From the NCBI GenBank assembly GCA_030704615.1, contig CM060733.1:1-64000 (forward strand): a DNA stretch of 64,000 bases. Direction: 5' to 3'. Of the stretch, positions 61,800 to 64,000 are shown piece by piece. Within the stretch, counting starts at the first letter, position 1, and every line of letters starts with the position of its first letter. A program made the position numbers and the translations under genes. The notes beneath the pieces were generated by a model. It saw nothing but the letters and a program-made list of their open reading frames with translations, ran no database searches and had not been told where the DNA came from. Source of the stretch: Takakia lepidozioides (taxonomy: Eukaryota; Plantae; Bryophyta).

Positions 61800-64000
61800 A
61801 TGAGTGATGAAAGAGAAGCTAGACGCCAGAGATATTCAGCAAAAAGAGAAAGCTATCTGAAAGCTAATTATCCATATCTTTGGGAGAGAGGAATAGACAT
61901 AGGGGAATCATCTGGACCTCTCACACCATTAAGATCAAAGAGTACATCACCTATACCGGAAGAACTAGAGTTGGATGCCACTCCTTCTGTTTCTTTGCAA
62001 GAAAGATTAAGGGAATTGGTACAGGAAGAAGATCAATCACGAGGTGAAAGATCTGAGGTACATCCTTGGATAAAAGATTTGACAGAAATCTTTGATAAGA
62101 GTTGGCATGGAACACCAAAAGCAGGAACTCCAGTTTCTGAAGCAGAAGGTGAAGAAGGAGAAGAGGATGTGGCAGAGCCAACGGAGAGTTCAGACTCTCC
62201 AACACCATTACAGTTGAGTTACATGAGTGAAGAAGAAACCCAAGGGCAGAACTTGGAGGATGAAAACAGAGAGAAGAAATTGGAAGAGGAAGAATATGAA
62301 GAAGTAGACCCAACAGCTGAGGTTGAGACTACAACCAGGACATCCCAACCCGTTGGACCTGGATCAAGTGGAGCACTTGGATCACAGGCCAACGAAGGTG
62401 TCGGCTCAGGGGGATCAGGCGGGCTGCCTGGATCTGGCTCTGGGGGGACAGGGAGTGTGGGAAGTAGTGCAACTGAAGCTGGGAATACTGTGAATATCGT
62501 GGGGCCAGAAGCAGGGAGTGCTCAAGGGCCACCACTTGGTGGAAGATCCACCACAAAAACAACAGGTCCAGAAGGACCAGCACCAGCAAGGGTGCCAGCA
62601 CCTGTCAGTGGGCAGAAGGTAGGGCCACAGATGGCGTTACAACCAACACGGGCAAAACCACCCTTTCCAATATATTCAGGAAAAGGGGATCCCGATGTAC
62701 ACATTAGCCAATTTGAGCACATGTGTATAGTGAACAATGAGAATGGCGATGATGCCAAGATGAGACTGTTTCCTTGTTCACTTATCAAGAAAGCAAGTGA
62801 ATGGTATGCAAGATTCCCTGATAATCATTTCCTAACCTGGAATGGCTTGAATACAGCATTTCGAAATAGGTTCAGGACAAGTAAAACTGAGGATGAAGTG
62901 TATGGAAGTTTACAACAGCTGAAGCAGAAGAAGCATGAAACTGTTGAAGAGTATATGGAGAAGATGGAATTGATGATGAAAAAGCTGGCTGCAGTACCAG
63001 CACCCGGTTTACAGAAGACTTGGTTTGTGAGTGGACTAAGACCAGAGTTGCAAAAGAAAGTGGATATGTTACCCCATAATACAGTGGAGGAGGCATTTGA
63101 AACTGCAAACAGAATTGAGCAATTGGGAATGCTCAGGAGAGAGAAAAAGAAGATGAGGACTCTGAGGATGAGTCAGATGAAGAAGAAGAGCAAGAACTAA
63201 AAAGAAAGAGTAAGAGAAAGGAGAAGTTGAAGAGGGATAACTATGAAAAAAAATTGGAAGAAATCTTGAAGAAGTATGCCACAGAGGCTGCAACACATTG
63301 GAGGAAGGGTGTATGGTGTGCAAAGTGCCAGAATGAAGGCCATACCACCACAGAATGCCACATGAAGGAGAAACACTGTACTATCTGTAAAATGGATAAC
63401 CATTCTACTGAGAATTGTTACTACAACAGAAGGACAGCTGCAAGAGAACCTAGGCAAGTAAGGGTGCATCAGGTGCAGCCCCAGCCAAGAAGAAACAATG
63501 ATCAGGACCACTATGGTAGGTCTGGTGGTTATAACAATGGCATGGAAGGGAGAGGTAATTCAAGAGGGAATTACCAAGGAAATTCCAGAGGCAACTATCA
63601 GGGTAATCCAAGGGGGAATTACCAGCCCGGGAATCAGGATTATAGAAATAATCCAAGAACAGACCAAGGGCGAGGACCCAATGGTGAAGAGCTATGTTAC
63701 TATTGTAATCAGCCAGGACATCGCAAGGCAGCCTGTTCATTCTGGATAAGACACCAGAATGAGATGAGAGCTCCTGTGAATGAGGGCCCAGTGGTGGCAG
63801 CTCACATGGTTAGGCCATGTGTTGTACCAGAAGTAAGTACAATGATAGTAACAAGAAGTAAAGCCAAACTAATACCTCCAGTAGAAGAGGAAGAAGATGA
63901 TAATGGAAGTGGCAATGATATGCCTGAAGATGAAGAGACTTGGAAAGATGAGAAGGAACTGCACAAGGAAGTGGCAGATACTATAAGGGAAATGCAAAAG
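61800..64000 (+). mobile_element. Ty3/gypsy gag (retrotrans_gag + CCHC knuckles), frameshifted, running off the window
   Basis: YSGKGDPDVHISQFE..LFPCSL..ASEWY..TWNGL..F..RF..LKQKKHETVEEY..FVSGL; downstream frame CAKCQNEGHTTTEC, CTICKMDNHSTENC, CYYCNQPGHRKAAC. Confidence 0.9.

Overview
Repeat-dense eukaryotic nuclear DNA from a land plant. Spliceosomal GT-AG introns, PLS-class PPR genes and copia/gypsy/LINE/CACTA elements are all present; a non-seed plant such as a bryophyte, lycophyte or fern is an inference. The most striking feature is a ~15.4-kb DNA transposon-like unit (34981-50367) bounded by short TIRs and CATGAGC subterminal repeats. It carries four things: (i) a GCM-like Zn-domain + Mutator-type DDE + SWIM transposase; (ii) a divergently oriented ~10-exon gene for a ~1400-aa protein fusing a ParB/Srx-like domain to a beta-class (N6/N4-type) DNA methyltransferase fold; (iii) between them, ~30 copies of a 22-24-bp palindrome (GGAAATGCGGYRCCGCATTTCC) at ~53-bp spacing, reminiscent of a parS array; (iv) a divergent pair of paralogous orphan ORFs. 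The host locus is a decaying cluster of genes fusing OSB-type PDF motifs to a PLS-PPR-E array, with fragments carried inside a Pack-CACTA element (12551-18880; 19-bp TIR, AGT TSD). Also present: a Crinkler-like NTPase-REase gene, an inverted Penelope-like element, a copia bounded by both LTRs, an APE-RT LINE, a second GCM-MULE transposase relic, two tRNA-derived SINEs, MITE/foldback elements and the 5' part of a Ty3/gypsy element with an extra ORF. All calls are by eye from motifs; no searches were run, and many boundaries are approximate.
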